64,000 nt of DNA, taken from the NCBI GenBank assembly GCA_000004985.1, contig GG738852.1, one strand, 5' to 3'. Source of the DNA: Naegleria gruberi. Taxonomy: Eukaryota. The translations under genes and the position numbers were made by a program. How positions within the stretch are numbered: the stretch's first letter is position 1; each line of letters starts with the position of its first letter. Positions 9,576-20,058 of the stretch are shown one piece after another. Below the pieces are notes generated by a model. It did not search any database. It was not told the origin of the DNA and saw nothing but the letters and a program-made list of their open reading frames with translations.

Positions 9576-12500
9576 TTATTGATCTGGTTGTACATAATGC
9601 AAACTTGCAATAATGACACTTACGTTGTCACCACTATTTCTATTGAAAATAGAATGATTTACCAAGTTTTTGGCAATGATATTGAAATCTTTAACTCGAT
9701 GATGATAGTATTGTTTGTAAATATAATCAGCAACATCACTGTTGTTCATTACATCAAACAAACCATCACTAGCTATGACGATTAAGGTTGGTAAACTTGG
9801 AGTAACACTTGAAAACATTACATCCTTTCCATCTTTGTCATCCTTACGTTTTTCAACTACCTTTTTAGGTTTTTCCAAGTGAATCTTGTGCTTTACAACC
9901 TCAGGGAGAGCAACAACTGCTTGCTTTCTTAAATTAGTATTTTGAATTGGTTGAGTGAGACCAACATTGATTGCACCATTGGTACTTGTTGGATCTGGAT
10001 TATTCTTTGCATAATAATCTCCAAATGTTCTAGAAACAGCCAATCCACAAACACGATTATTTTCAACACGAGATCCAAACATTTCAATTCTTCTCTTTTC
10101 TTGTTCATAGGTTGGTTTATGATCACTGGAGAGAGGAATAATCTTTGACAAGTGAATCATAAAAGCACGACTATCACCAACGTTTGCGCAAGTTACATAG
10201 TATGTATTGGCTTCCTCCTCACTAGCAGTGATAAACACAGTGCAGCCTGTTGAACCAGCACATGCCATAATACCACTAGTTGTTCTTGGAGAAGGAACAC
10301 CCTTTTTAACAGAGAGATTGGTTCTATATTGGTCTATAACCTTTTCACGATATTGTTCATCAACCTTAATGAATGCATACTCAAGAAGATCTCTTCTGGA
10401 GAATATTGGCTCATGGATATTAAATACCAATGATTGATAATTTTCCAAGTGATAGATAAAGTTTTGATACAAATAGTCAGCACATTCAGCACCACCATGT
10501 CCATCAAATACACAAAGTACTGCAGCTTTTTGATTGTGGAAATTTTCAAATGACTTATTTACAAAATAAACACGATCTTCCATATAGTTTCTCTTTCCTC
10601 TTTCTTGAGCACAGCTGATAGCAAGTGGGAGTTGCTTCTTTTCAAAATCGAATATGGATTGTGATGGAGATTCTGTTGGATTTGCTGTGGTATTGTTATT
10701 GTTACCTGGAGTACTTCCTGGAGGAGGCATTGTATTTGGGGAAATGCCATGAGTCTTTTTCTTTGGTGTTACTTGAAGTGGGTCACGCCAAATAAAAGGA
10801 ATTACACTTGTAGAGGCATTTGATTCAGAATCTGATTGGGATTGTTGGACAGAGGTGACATGGTGATTAAGGAATTTAAAGATGGATTGTTCAGCTTGTC
10901 TATAATAGTCCATTTGGGATGGATGTTTGAGAAGATTGAGATCTTTGCAAAGGTCATTACATTGATGTTTGGAGAAGAATCTCTTCACTTCTGTATACTC
11001 GGAAAAGTTGTTGCTGTCGTTAGATTTTTTAGATTGAGGAGAACTTGGCTCGGTCAACTCGGTTGGTGATTTGATAGATTTCTTAGCTGAGGCACCTCCA
11101 CCATTATCAAATATTCTACAATCGAATTTTCCGAAAAGATAACTGCCATAACAGAACATTTCGTTTGCTTCAAAAACAAATGTTCCTTTAGATTCTAAAA
11201 AGATAAAATGGAAAAGAGATTCAGCAACAAAATTACTGGTATGTCTTGGAGGTAGGCAAGCCATCTTTTCACCATGTTTTTCATCAGTAGGATCGAGATA
11301 TGGATATTCTACAAAAGGATAGGCAATTAAGGTTACTTCTTCAACATCAGGGGATGGTGTTACAATACTTGGATTAGATACAGCACCAGTCTTTGGATCA
11401 TAATGTAATCTATATACATTGTAGAAAAGAGAAAAATTCTTTTGTACCTTAGAGTTATAAAGTTGTAAGTAATAGTTCAAATGTGTCAAAACATTGACTG
11501 GATCGTATTTTTGATGACGAGTGTTGATTCTTGTACCATGGAAAGTAAGTCCATTCATTGAAAGATCTTTGATAAAAACTGAATTAGGGAAGGAAGATGT
11601 CTTGGACGGTGTACCTGGTTGTTTTGTTTTAGAATCAGTACTCTTTTCAGTATTCTTACTCTTATCTCTATAATAGAGAACAATATCATGATAAAGTAAT
11701 GAGTTTGCATTTGAAGGATTGGTCATTCCTGAGCTACTGTTATTGGAAATGTAAGTCATTACTTCTGAAACATTGTACTTGTAAATGTAATGTGGGTCAT
11801 TACTAGTATTTTTCCAAAATGTATTATTCTTATTGGCTTCTGCTAATGAGGATGCAATTCCGCTATCTCTACTCTTACTTCTAGATAATCCAGATGGGAT
11901 GGAAGTGGAACTGGCCAATGTATTAATATTACTTCCACTGTTAGAGTGTGAAAGTGTTGGATTACTTGTGGAATGTGAAAGTGGTGTTCCATTTTGAATT
12001 TGTAAAGCACTTGGTAAATATCCAATTTGTTGAAGTGGACTTCCTTCATAGCAAGGAAAACATACAGCTTTGGATTTGTATTCTAAAAATCCTGAAGAGC
12101 TTGATGTTGAAGAAATGTTGTGAAGACTCATGGATGGTGAAATTGAAGGGATACTACTATCACTCTCAGAACCTCCATTTGATTCGCTTGTAATGGTTGA
12201 CAAATTACTATTTTCACTGGTGGATCGACTGATACGTTGCTCATCTTTAGCTTTTTTCTCTTGGTGAGCCATACATAAATGGTTTGTTAAAACACTAGGA
12301 ACATTTGAAAAGTTTGTAAAGGTAAATGCCAAATGTTTAGATTGATTATGTTGTTGAGAATTGCTTGGAGGTACTAGAGGGCTTGCATCAATTGTAGAAA
12401 TATTTGGAGTGGAGGTACTATTCGGAAGTGTCCCACTCGAAGAGGTTGGAATCAAAGGAGTTGAAGTACTTTTCACAATTGCAAATTGTGTAATATTATT

Positions 12501-12986
12501 TCCAGAAGTTGATGGAGGAAGGCTACTATTAACTTGATTTGATCCCGAATTTGTATTTGGGAAGGGTGATTGTGAGGAAGATGTAGTTGTTGGAGAAGCA
12601 GAAGAAATTGTCAATGATACTGGTTGATCCATCTTTAAACTACCTCTATTATTTGGAGTGGAAATAGTTCCCATAGAGGTTGTTGCAGTACCTCCAAAGC
12701 TTTTAGTTCTCGAGTGAAATATTGGCATTTTGTGCATAATCGTCTTGACCAAACCTTCAGATGATTGATTGGAACCTATTCCTTGACCTAATTGTATTGG
12801 AGGAGCTGTTGAGTTTGAAGAAGAAGAAGAAGGCGAAACAGATCCTTGGTTATTTCCCTTGTTCAAAATGATTGATGCCGTGCCTGACTTTAAAGAAGAA
12901 GTAATATTATTCATGTTTGGTGGAGGTGGCATTTTGAATTCTGAATTGTTATTTGATGATGTATTATTATTATTATTGTTACTCAT
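9576..12986 (-). CDS. Protein phosphatase 2C (PPM family) with a long low-complexity N-terminal region
   Basis: 1136-aa ORF from an ATG (MSNNNNNNTSSNNNSEF...). The N-terminal half is S/T/N/P-rich low complexity. The C-terminal ~330 aa carry PP2C motifs (ERGKRNYMEDRVYF, CVFDGHGGAECADY, GSTGCTVFIT, NVGDSRAF, IASDGLFDVM). Confidence 0.8.
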   Translation of the reverse strand: MSNNNNNNTSSNNNSEFKMPPPPNMNNITSSLKSGTASIILNKGNNQGSVSPSSSSSNSTAPPIQLGQGIGSNQSSEGLVKTIMHKMPIFHSRTKSFGGTATTSMGTISTPNNRGSLKMDQPVSLTISSASPTTTSSSQSPFPNTNSGSNQVNSSLPPSTSGNNITQFAIVKSTSTPLIPTSSSGTLPNSTSTPNISTIDASPLVPPSNSQQHNQSKHLAFTFTNFSNVPSVLTNHLCMAHQEKKAKDEQRISRSTSENSNLSTITSESNGGSESDSSIPSISPSMSLHNISSTSSSSGFLEYKSKAVCFPCYEGSPLQQIGYLPSALQIQNGTPLSHSTSNPTLSHSNSGSNINTLASSTSIPSGLSRSKSRDSGIASSLAEANKNNTFWKNTSNDPHYIYKYNVSEVMTYISNNSSSGMTNPSNANSLLYHDIVLYYRDKSKNTEKSTDSKTKQPGTPSKTSSFPNSVFIKDLSMNGLTFHGTRINTRHQKYDPVNVLTHLNYYLQLYNSKVQKNFSLFYNVYRLHYDPKTGAVSNPSIVTPSPDVEEVTLIAYPFVEYPYLDPTDEKHGEKMACLPPRHTSNFVAESLFHFIFLESKGTFVFEANEMFCYGSYLFGKFDCRIFDNGGGASAKKSIKSPTELTEPSSPQSKKSNDSNNFSEYTEVKRFFSKHQCNDLCKDLNLLKHPSQMDYYRQAEQSIFKFLNHHVTSVQQSQSDSESNASTSVIPFIWRDPLQVTPKKKTHGISPNTMPPPGSTPGNNNNTTANPTESPSQSIFDFEKKQLPLAISCAQERGKRNYMEDRVYFVNKSFENFHNQKAAVLCVFDGHGGAECADYLYQNFIYHLENYQSLVFNIHEPIFSRRDLLEYAFIKVDEQYREKVIDQYRTNLSVKKGVPSPRTTSGIMACAGSTGCTVFITASEEEANTYYVTCANVGDSRAFMIHLSKIIPLSSDHKPTYEQEKRRIEMFGSRVENNRVCGLAVSRTFGDYYAKNNPDPTSTNGAINVGLTQPIQNTNLRKQAVVALPEVVKHKIHLEKPKKVVEKRKDDKDGKDVMFSSVTPSLPTLIVIASDGLFDVMNNSDVADYIYKQYYHHRVKDFNIIAKNLVNHSIFNRNSGDNVSVIIASLHYVQPDQ

Positions 12987-13649
12987 GATGATACTATAAA
13001 ATTATTATTCTTTGTTGATGATGTATTTTCTTTGAAGTGTAATAGAAGCTTATGTGCTCTTTGGGATAATGAATATTTGTAAAAATAGCAAATATCTTAT
13101 TTCCGTACTTGTTAATTACAGAATATGATGATTACTCTAAAAACTCGGTAAATTGGTCTTCGATGATTAAATCATTCAATGTAAAAAGACCTGTAGGAAA
13201 GGTCCAGAAATGTACAAGTGTTTGGTGTTGGTGATTTTTTAAAAAAGAAAACTCCAACGGTAGAGTTTGCTGTATTTTTTATTCGAGTTGGATCTTTTAT
13301 GGTAGACGCACCTTATTTATTTTATTGAGAAAGCTGCATAATCTGTCTGTTGAGAGTATTGATTGATCTTTCAGAGTATTGATTATTGAGTGACGTATTG
13401 CATGAAAATCAGCAATGTAGATTGAACCTCTCATATCATCCTAAGAATACTCCCTAGTTAATGATTGAATAGGTTTGGAAATCGCAAAAGAACTGTATAA
13501 TACTATTATTACCCAAACATTATCTATTATGGTCGAATGATACTTAGGGAGAGTCAATGGTTTACTTTAAAATATCTATTAGCAAGATATTTTCTCTGAA
13601 CTGTCACTTGAAAGATATTCTGTTCATTCCTTGCCTTATTCTCAAAAAA

Positions 13650-14310
13650 ATGAAACCAAAGGATGAAATTAAGGCTGTTTTTGTTGGTAAGTTAATTTCC
13701 TGATCATGCTCTTGTGGCTAAAGGGAGGTTGATATTAGGTGATACTGTGAGTGGTAAAACATCACTCTTAATTGCATTGATGGGAGGAGTCATTTCCGAT
13801 AGCTATGTTACACCATTATTGGATCCTTTCGATTCTGTGGTTAACAATTTCACCCTTAGAGGCATGGGGGAAGGAAATGGATTACCAAAAGAAAACCTGC
13901 ATGTTAAATATATTGATACGAGAGGATCAGTAGATTATGATCCAATTAGATATCTCATCTATCCAGAGACCAATCTATTTGTTATTTGCTGCAGTCTTGC
14001 CAATGATGAGCCACTAAAAAGTGTTATAACTAGGTGGCTTCCTGTTATTAAAGACAAGTACAAAATGATTCCATTTGCCTCATTCTTGGTTGTTGGTACA
14101 AAGTCTGAAACCACATCCATTCCTAAAGGTTCTTTTATTACATCAGCAAACTCAATGTTCAAGAATGTTCCAGGATATGCAGGTGCAGTAGAAGTTTCAG
14201 CCATGGACCAAACGGGAATTAAAGAACTCCAACAAAAAATTATTGTTGTTGGAGCTGAAAATTTGAGAAAAAAGAATAAGGACTCGGAGGGATGTTGTAC
14301 AATTCAATAA
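13650..14310 (+). CDS. Atypical Rho/Rac-family small GTPase with CAAX box, 2 exons: join(13650..13686,13739..14310), ~202 aa
   Basis: Exon 1 runs from the ATG (AAAAAAATGAAACC) and encodes MKPKDEIKAVFVG. A 52-nt intron (GTAAGT...ATTAG) follows, then exon 2. The spliced P-loop KAVFVGGDTVSGKTSLLIAL aligns with Rho KCVVVGDGAVGKTCLLISY. DTRGSVDYDPIRYLIYPETNLFVICCSL aligns with Rho [28 protein letters not shown], but the catalytic Gln is replaced by Ser. VGTKSE is the NKxD-like motif. The C-terminus ends CCTIQ, a CAAX box. The ORF-track start at 13714 is a GTG. Confidence 0.65.
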
Positions 14311-14360
14311 ATATTCTTTTCATGATCTATTTTCTCAAATTGTGATTCATTTTTGTTTCA

Positions 14361-16739
14361 TCACTCCTCTATCCTATTCATTATGTTTCTGATTCTTTCA
14401 AAGTGATGCTGCTTTCTAAGCTTTAGAATATCAATAGTTTCACCCTTTTCATTCTTGTTATTGTCCTTAATTTCCATATTGAGTAGTTCCCTTTCATTTT
14501 TCAAATAATCTTCAATGGCAGCAATGACCTCTTCATAGCTTAACATTTTTTCATTATGTAATTTTCTCTTTCCAAAGGCGTGAAACGTAAGGAACTGAGC
14601 AAATTTTTTGGTGTCAATCTCTGAAAGCATAAAAGATGTGGCAATTAATGATGACCTGTCATTTGATTTGGTATGGATTGTAAATGGTCTATATTGATTT
14701 TCGATAGGATTATCCAATATATCTTCGCCTGTTCCATTCAATATTTCCATTGAATCTCCATTGGTAGGTAAGGAAGGCTCGACGGTACCTGTTGGTGGTG
14801 CTACTTGGAGAATACTGGAGGTTGTTTCTTCCTTTTTAGAGGATTTGACTTGTTCAAGCATACATTTGACTATCCTTTCAACTTGTTGTTCCTGATCCAA
14901 ACGATTTCCAATAGATTGCCCATGCTTGTAGACATATTGTAATTGCTGTTCTACAGTTTCAATAAATATTCCATCTGGTTCATTTCGAGTTTGGAGAGGC
15001 ATTTCAGTAAATTCGCTAGAAGATCCATGCCAATGAACGATAGGAGTTTCCAGAGATCTGATGTTGATTCCAGAATATTGATTGGAAAAGAACCTTCTTC
15101 GATGATCTTTGGAAGGCTCTGCCCTATCATATTGACTTGTCACAGTTCCATACTTGGAGGAATACTTGTTAATGGCTGTTTCTCTCTCTTTAAAATAGTA
15201 ATACTCATTATTTCCAATAATGGGTGTCTTCAAATAAGAGTTTCCTTTTCCACTGTAGCTTCTTGTTAAAATGCATTGATTTTGTTGGGAGGCATCAACC
15301 TCAATAGCATCCAATGGAATGTCATCATTTACCTCCTCGTAATTGATCTGTGGTCTCCTTCTTCTTGTTTTTGTGGAGGAGGCTTCATCTGTTGAGGAGG
15401 AGGATGAAGAGCGTGTAGATTTCCTCTTCTTGCTTGATTTACCTGTTCCTCTTTCGCTGTTATAATTGCTAATGATTTCAGATCGTTTGAGTTTTTTCAG
15501 TTTAACCTTCTTTGTATCTGCATCTTTGTGTATTGGAATTGTTGGTTGGTTTGAGAGTCTCACTAATCTGAATTTATAGACATAGGCACCGTTCTTTCCA
15601 TTGGGGAGAATTTGGCGTTCTTTCCAATAGTTGGTAACCCAATACAGTCCATCATATCTATATCCGCTTATTGGTGCATACTTTTCCTGCAATTGAAATC
15701 CTCTAACAACTCTTACTGGAGTTTTAGAGGTCATATTGATTGTTAAACTTTTGTTCACACTGTTAAGTGTTTGATCAGATGTTTCTGACCCACCCTGTCC
15801 TGTATAAATCATAATGTCTCCCATATCCTCATCACCATATCCACCCATAGAGGATGCAACAATTGATTCGGCAGCCTCTCCATTGTTACCATTTCCGAAA
15901 ATACCACACTGTGGTGGACGATGGGTCTTTGACTTGGAACATTGAATACGTTTTTCATATGTAGTGAAAACAGGTTCGACATGTCCATAAAGTTTTCCTG
16001 AATCATCTGGACTTTCATTGATATGAGTCCATTTAGTAGCATCTCCAATTGATTTCTTGTCTAGATCTGTAATATAATTTGCTCTCTTGTTTTTTTCGTC
16101 TTCATCAAGATCTGAATAGTTTACATCTTCTTCCTCCTCTTCTTCATCATCTTCCTGTTCTTCCATTGGAGTTGTGACTTGTGACTCTTCACTTGGTTCG
16201 AAAGAGAAGGTTACAGTTTTTGCAATTGGGCTAAAATGTGAATCACTTGTTTGATGAGAATTGGTTGACGAAATTGGAGAGAGGGGAGGAACTACCACTT
16301 CAACAGTTTGAGTACTAGGTTTTGAATCTCGAATAATTAATGGCCTTTCTAATGTAAGTGGTTTTTGAGGTGTCGTAGATTGCTTATTCTTCCTTCTGAC
16401 AGATCTTGTCCTTTTAGGTGGCTCATTAAAAGCCTCCTCAAGTGTTAAAAATTCATCCAGATCGTTCTCATCAGTTGGAATAAACCCTGTTGACGGATTC
16501 TGCTGAGCAGTCATGTTGAAAAGTGTTAAATTCGAAATTCCACTATTCTGAGGGGGAAGATCCTCTTCCGACAAATCACTCAAAGTAGTGGGAGATTCAA
16601 AAGAGTTATTCATTGATTTTCCAATATCCATAAAATGTGACGATGAGTCTTCATCATCGGGAAAGGGTGATTGATCACCTACGTCAATATAAATCGGCTG
16701 ATTTTCCAATTTTTCAAATAATGTTCTTTGTATCCGCAT
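14361..16739 (-). CDS. SRA (SET-and-RING-associated, YDG) domain protein
   Basis: 792 aa from an ATG. The central region GIFGNGNNGEAAESIVASSMGGYGDEDMGDIMIYTGQGG...PVRVVRGFQL...GYRYDGLYWVTNYWKERQILPNGKNGAYVYKFRLVRL has the SRA/YDG signature (YDGxY, VRVxRG, YTGxGG). It is flanked by an acidic N-terminus, basic NLS-like stretches (KKVKLKKLKRSE, KSSKKRKSTR, TRRRRPQ) and an unassigned C-terminal domain. Confidence 0.6.
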   Translation of the reverse strand: MRIQRTLFEKLENQPIYIDVGDQSPFPDDEDSSSHFMDIGKSMNNSFESPTTLSDLSEEDLPPQNSGISNLTLFNMTAQQNPSTGFIPTDENDLDEFLTLEEAFNEPPKRTRSVRRKNKQSTTPQKPLTLERPLIIRDSKPSTQTVEVVVPPLSPISSTNSHQTSDSHFSPIAKTVTFSFEPSEESQVTTPMEEQEDDEEEEEEDVNYSDLDEDEKNKRANYITDLDKKSIGDATKWTHINESPDDSGKLYGHVEPVFTTYEKRIQCSKSKTHRPPQCGIFGNGNNGEAAESIVASSMGGYGDEDMGDIMIYTGQGGSETSDQTLNSVNKSLTINMTSKTPVRVVRGFQLQEKYAPISGYRYDGLYWVTNYWKERQILPNGKNGAYVYKFRLVRLSNQPTIPIHKDADTKKVKLKKLKRSEIISNYNSERGTGKSSKKRKSTRSSSSSSTDEASSTKTRRRRPQINYEEVNDDIPLDAIEVDASQQNQCILTRSYSGKGNSYLKTPIIGNNEYYYFKERETAINKYSSKYGTVTSQYDRAEPSKDHRRRFFSNQYSGINIRSLETPIVHWHGSSSEFTEMPLQTRNEPDGIFIETVEQQLQYVYKHGQSIGNRLDQEQQVERIVKCMLEQVKSSKKEETTSSILQVAPPTGTVEPSLPTNGDSMEILNGTGEDILDNPIENQYRPFTIHTKSNDRSSLIATSFMLSEIDTKKFAQFLTFHAFGKRKLHNEKMLSYEEVIAAIEDYLKNERELLNMEIKDNNKNEKGETIDILKLRKQHHFERIRNIMNRIEE

Positions 16740-17004
16740 TTCTATTAATTTAATTTATGTTTTAATTATCTAATGATGGGTTTTACATGAAAATCTTCGC
16801 TACTATGTTGTGTTTCTGCCTTTTCAGAAAAGGAAGAAACGTTCTGTTGGATTCTTTTTATTTTTTTTTAATTAAAAATTTTGAGCAATTGTTGATGGCA
16901 CTATTAATCTTCTTTCCTAGCTTTAAAAGAACATTGTAATTTAACTGCAATTGTATTAATATTATTAAAATTTCCATCACAATATTAATTCTATTTATAA
17001 AAAA

Positions 17005-18453
17005 ATGCCATTGTTTGAATTCCACGATTTGCGTCAATTGCAAAAGGATGATGATGTAAGAACAGAATCCTCTCGAGAGCAAGCCAGTACTGAAGGAACC
17101 TTGAACAAATTCTATAATCCATACATTCAGAAACAAGCATTATTCTTTGATTCATTGGTTTTATTTATTGAAGAACATACAAAATTTGCTAAAAAAGGTC
17201 TCCGAACCCTTCCATCATATTTTGATTCATTGGATGCTAGTAGACCATGGTTTTGCTTTTGGTGTTGCAATGCATTGAGCATGCTCCCTAACTTGGGAAG
17301 TGATAATGTATTGTATCCTTCTCAATTGGATCTAATCAAGAGAGATGATCCAACACTTGTATCGGATTTTAGTAATTTTCTTGGAAATTTCTGTCAAGAC
17401 AAGGAAAAGGGTGGAATTGCAGGAGGTCCAGGACAATTATCACACGTTGCACCTACATTTTCTGGTACTATTGCATTGTGTGCTTTGAAAGCAAACCAAG
17501 GATTGGATTTAATTGACAAGCAAAAAATGTATTCTTTTTTATATAGTTTGAAAGATCCTGTCTCTAAAGGATTTAGAATGCATGTGGATGGTGAAGTTGA
17601 TACAAGAGGATGTTTTTGTGCATTAATTGTTGCTACTGTTTTGAATATTATGGATGATAAATTGACAGAAGGTGTAGCAGAATATATTGTCAATTGTCAA
17701 ACTTATGAAGGAGGTATTGGAGCTTATCCAGGAGTTGAAGCACACGGTGGATACACTTATTGTGGATTGGCAGCTATGATGTTCATGAAGAAAGCTCACC
17801 TTCTCGATTTAGATTCATTAACACACTGGCTTGCCAGAAGACAAATGTCATATGAAGGAGGATTCCAAGGAAGAACAAACAAGCTGGTAGATGCTTGTTA
17901 TTCGTTTTGGGTTGGTGCCTCTTTCCCTCTCTTAGAAGCTGCTTTAGTTTCCCTTAAGGATCCAAAAGACAGAACTGAATTAGATCAACAAATTCTCGAT
18001 TATCTTCAATGGCAACCTCCAACTTTGGACTCGGAAACCAGAATCAAATATACACCAAAGACATTCAGTTTGAAGGACACTTTGAAAAAAATCAAAACCC
18101 ACCACAATTCTGAGGAGTATTGCCAAATTGAGGAAATGGAGGCAACAGAACCATATTTGGATTTGCAAGATTCAGAATGGATGTTCAATCAAACAGCCTT
18201 ACAGGAATATCTTCTCTTGTGTTGCCAACAAGAGTCAGGAGGTCTTCGTGACAAACCAGTCAAACAACCAGACTTTTATCACACTTGTTACGCCTTGTTT
18301 GGTTTATCAATTTCTCAACACAATCCAAGTGGTTCTCTGGCTGTTTTGGGCGATTGCAAAAATCTTCTCAGACAAATCAATCCTCTCTTCCAAATGTGTA
18401 CAGATAGTGTTTCAAATGTTTTGAATTATTATGGAGGTAGAACGAGTGTGTAA
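17005..18453 (+). CDS. fntB: Protein farnesyltransferase beta subunit
   Basis: 482 aa from an ATG. Collinear strong matches to FNTB: LDASRPWFCFWCCNAL, GGPGQLSHVAPTFSG, MHVDGEVDTRGCFCALIVA, CQTYEGGIGAYPGVEAHGGYTYCGLAAMM, RQMSYEGGFQGRTNKLVDACYSFW, ALQEYLLLCCQQESGGLRDKPVKQPDFYHTCYALFGLSI. Confidence 0.85.
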   Translation: MPLFEFHDLRQLQKDDDVRTESSREQASTEGTLNKFYNPYIQKQALFFDSLVLFIEEHTKFAKKGLRTLPSYFDSLDASRPWFCFWCCNALSMLPNLGSDNVLYPSQLDLIKRDDPTLVSDFSNFLGNFCQDKEKGGIAGGPGQLSHVAPTFSGTIALCALKANQGLDLIDKQKMYSFLYSLKDPVSKGFRMHVDGEVDTRGCFCALIVATVLNIMDDKLTEGVAEYIVNCQTYEGGIGAYPGVEAHGGYTYCGLAAMMFMKKAHLLDLDSLTHWLARRQMSYEGGFQGRTNKLVDACYSFWVGASFPLLEAALVSLKDPKDRTELDQQILDYLQWQPPTLDSETRIKYTPKTFSLKDTLKKIKTHHNSEEYCQIEEMEATEPYLDLQDSEWMFNQTALQEYLLLCCQQESGGLRDKPVKQPDFYHTCYALFGLSISQHNPSGSLAVLGDCKNLLRQINPLFQMCTDSVSNVLNYYGGRTSV

Positions 18454-18575
18454 ACTCAATATGAAAGCAAATCTTATTCCCGCCAAAATTAAATAACAGC
18501 AATAAAATAAATTTAAAAAAAATAGAGCAGTTGTTGTACCAACTATTTTTCTAACATCACAACGATTATTTCTTC

Positions 18576-19343
18576 ATGATGAATAGTAGCTTTAGCACAA
18601 CCAGCAACCCTGCAATGGAAGAGGTTGAAAAAATGTTTCAGGAAGTAATCGAAATTCACGATCGGGTTGCTCAAAAAACAAACCAATTCGAACAAAACTT
18701 TAAAGGTTTCATTAATAGTCAAATTAACGACAATAATAAGAAAAGACACGATTTTGAACAAAATTGTCAAAATTTTCAATCAGAATTTCAATCACTCACT
18801 ACCCGTGTAGAGAGAGGAATTAATGAAAGACAACATGTGGAAGAAATTAGAAAAAGATACTGTGAGGATGAAGGTGAGCTGGATCAAAGAATAACCGATA
18901 TGAAAGTCAGAGCCGACGAACAACCTAAAATTATTGAAGAATCCAAGCAAAAATTGCTACAACTCAAATCAGAACATGAAGAAAAATCCAACATGCTCAA
19001 TAGAGTTGAATCGGATTTTGTTGACCATGCCACAAAGAAATTTATTGAAAAAGAAAAGTATAGAACTCTTCTTGGAATGACATTCGAAGCAAGACAAGAT
19101 GGTGACATTGCTTACCTTTTAATTTCCTTCTCCATTCAAAATATGCAAGCTTTAGGGTTGACCAGTTGTCAAATTGCTTTGAGAATTGATGGAGGACTAT
19201 ATTCTGTAGCAGGATGTCAACCAGCAATTCAATATGATGATTTAATTGCTTCACTCAATGACAATAAGAACTTTGGATCGTTCATTATCTTGGTCAGAAA
19301 TCGTTTCAAGAACCTTATCAACCAACACAAACCAAGAAAATAG
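18576..19343 (+). CDS. spc25: Kinetochore protein Spc25-like (NDC80 complex)
   Basis: 255 aa from an ATG. An N-terminal coiled-coil region is followed by a C-terminal RWD-like domain. YLLISFSIQNMQALGLTSCQIALRIDGGLYSV...DNKNFGSFIILVRNRF is collinear with human SPC25 [23 protein letters not shown]...TNNFSAFLANVRKAF. Confidence 0.5.
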   Translation: MMNSSFSTTSNPAMEEVEKMFQEVIEIHDRVAQKTNQFEQNFKGFINSQINDNNKKRHDFEQNCQNFQSEFQSLTTRVERGINERQHVEEIRKRYCEDEGELDQRITDMKVRADEQPKIIEESKQKLLQLKSEHEEKSNMLNRVESDFVDHATKKFIEKEKYRTLLGMTFEARQDGDIAYLLISFSIQNMQALGLTSCQIALRIDGGLYSVAGCQPAIQYDDLIASLNDNKNFGSFIILVRNRFKNLINQHKPRK

Positions 19344-19753
19344 TAGTACCAATTATTTAGTGAAATATCGATAGAAATTTAATGCTCTACAGCTTCATCG
19401 TAATATGTTTGAAAATGATTTTCAAAATCAGAATAATAAATTGACAGCAGAAGCACCTTACTTGAGAAATAATTCTTTTTCAACTTTTACCGCTATGAAT
19501 ATATGCAAGCATAAAAATGTTGTTGTAATCTCGCAAAAAAATATCCCCATCAAAAATGAGAGTTTGGCCTAGTGTATGTTTATTTAGTGTTAGAGGACAA
19601 GTTTTCTAATTATTATTTGCGTGTGATGATGTATTCCTTGTTGTGCGATTACTATTACAACAACAACAAATAATGATACAATTATTGTGGATGATAATTT
19701 GTGTGGATAATAATTTTTATTGTTGGGAATTAAAATAGTTCTTGTTGACCGCA

Positions 19754-20058
19754 ATGTTCGTTGCTGGTGTTGTTCACGGAAAGGACAAGCAAGCTTCCTT
19801 GTACAGACTTGCTAAGGGTAATCAACAAAAGGAAGAAGAATTGGTTGAAAAATACGTTAAGGAAATGATTGAAGAAGATGAAAAGAAGGCTGCCACTGGT
19901 ATGTATCATGATGATAATATTAAATTTATTTACTAATTTTAATAGAAAGAGGTGAAGATGCTTCCTTGTACAATGTCCCACCAGGATTGCGTCAAATGGC
20001 CAAGACCATCAAGCAACAAAGAGCTAAGAATGTTCAACCAGCTGCTGCTCAACAATAA
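19754..20058 (+). CDS. Small conserved-looking hydrophilic protein (~85 aa), 2 exons: join(19754..19898,19946..20058)
   Basis: The first ATG (MFVAGVVHGKDKQASLYRLAKG...) lies 12 nt inside the TTG-initiated track ORF. A 47-nt intron (GTATGT...TTTAATAG) joins in phase to ...RGEDASLYNVPPGLRQMAKTIKQQRAKNVQPAAAQQ*. There is an internal repeat ASLYRLAKG / ASLYNVPPG. No family was assigned. Confidence 0.45.
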
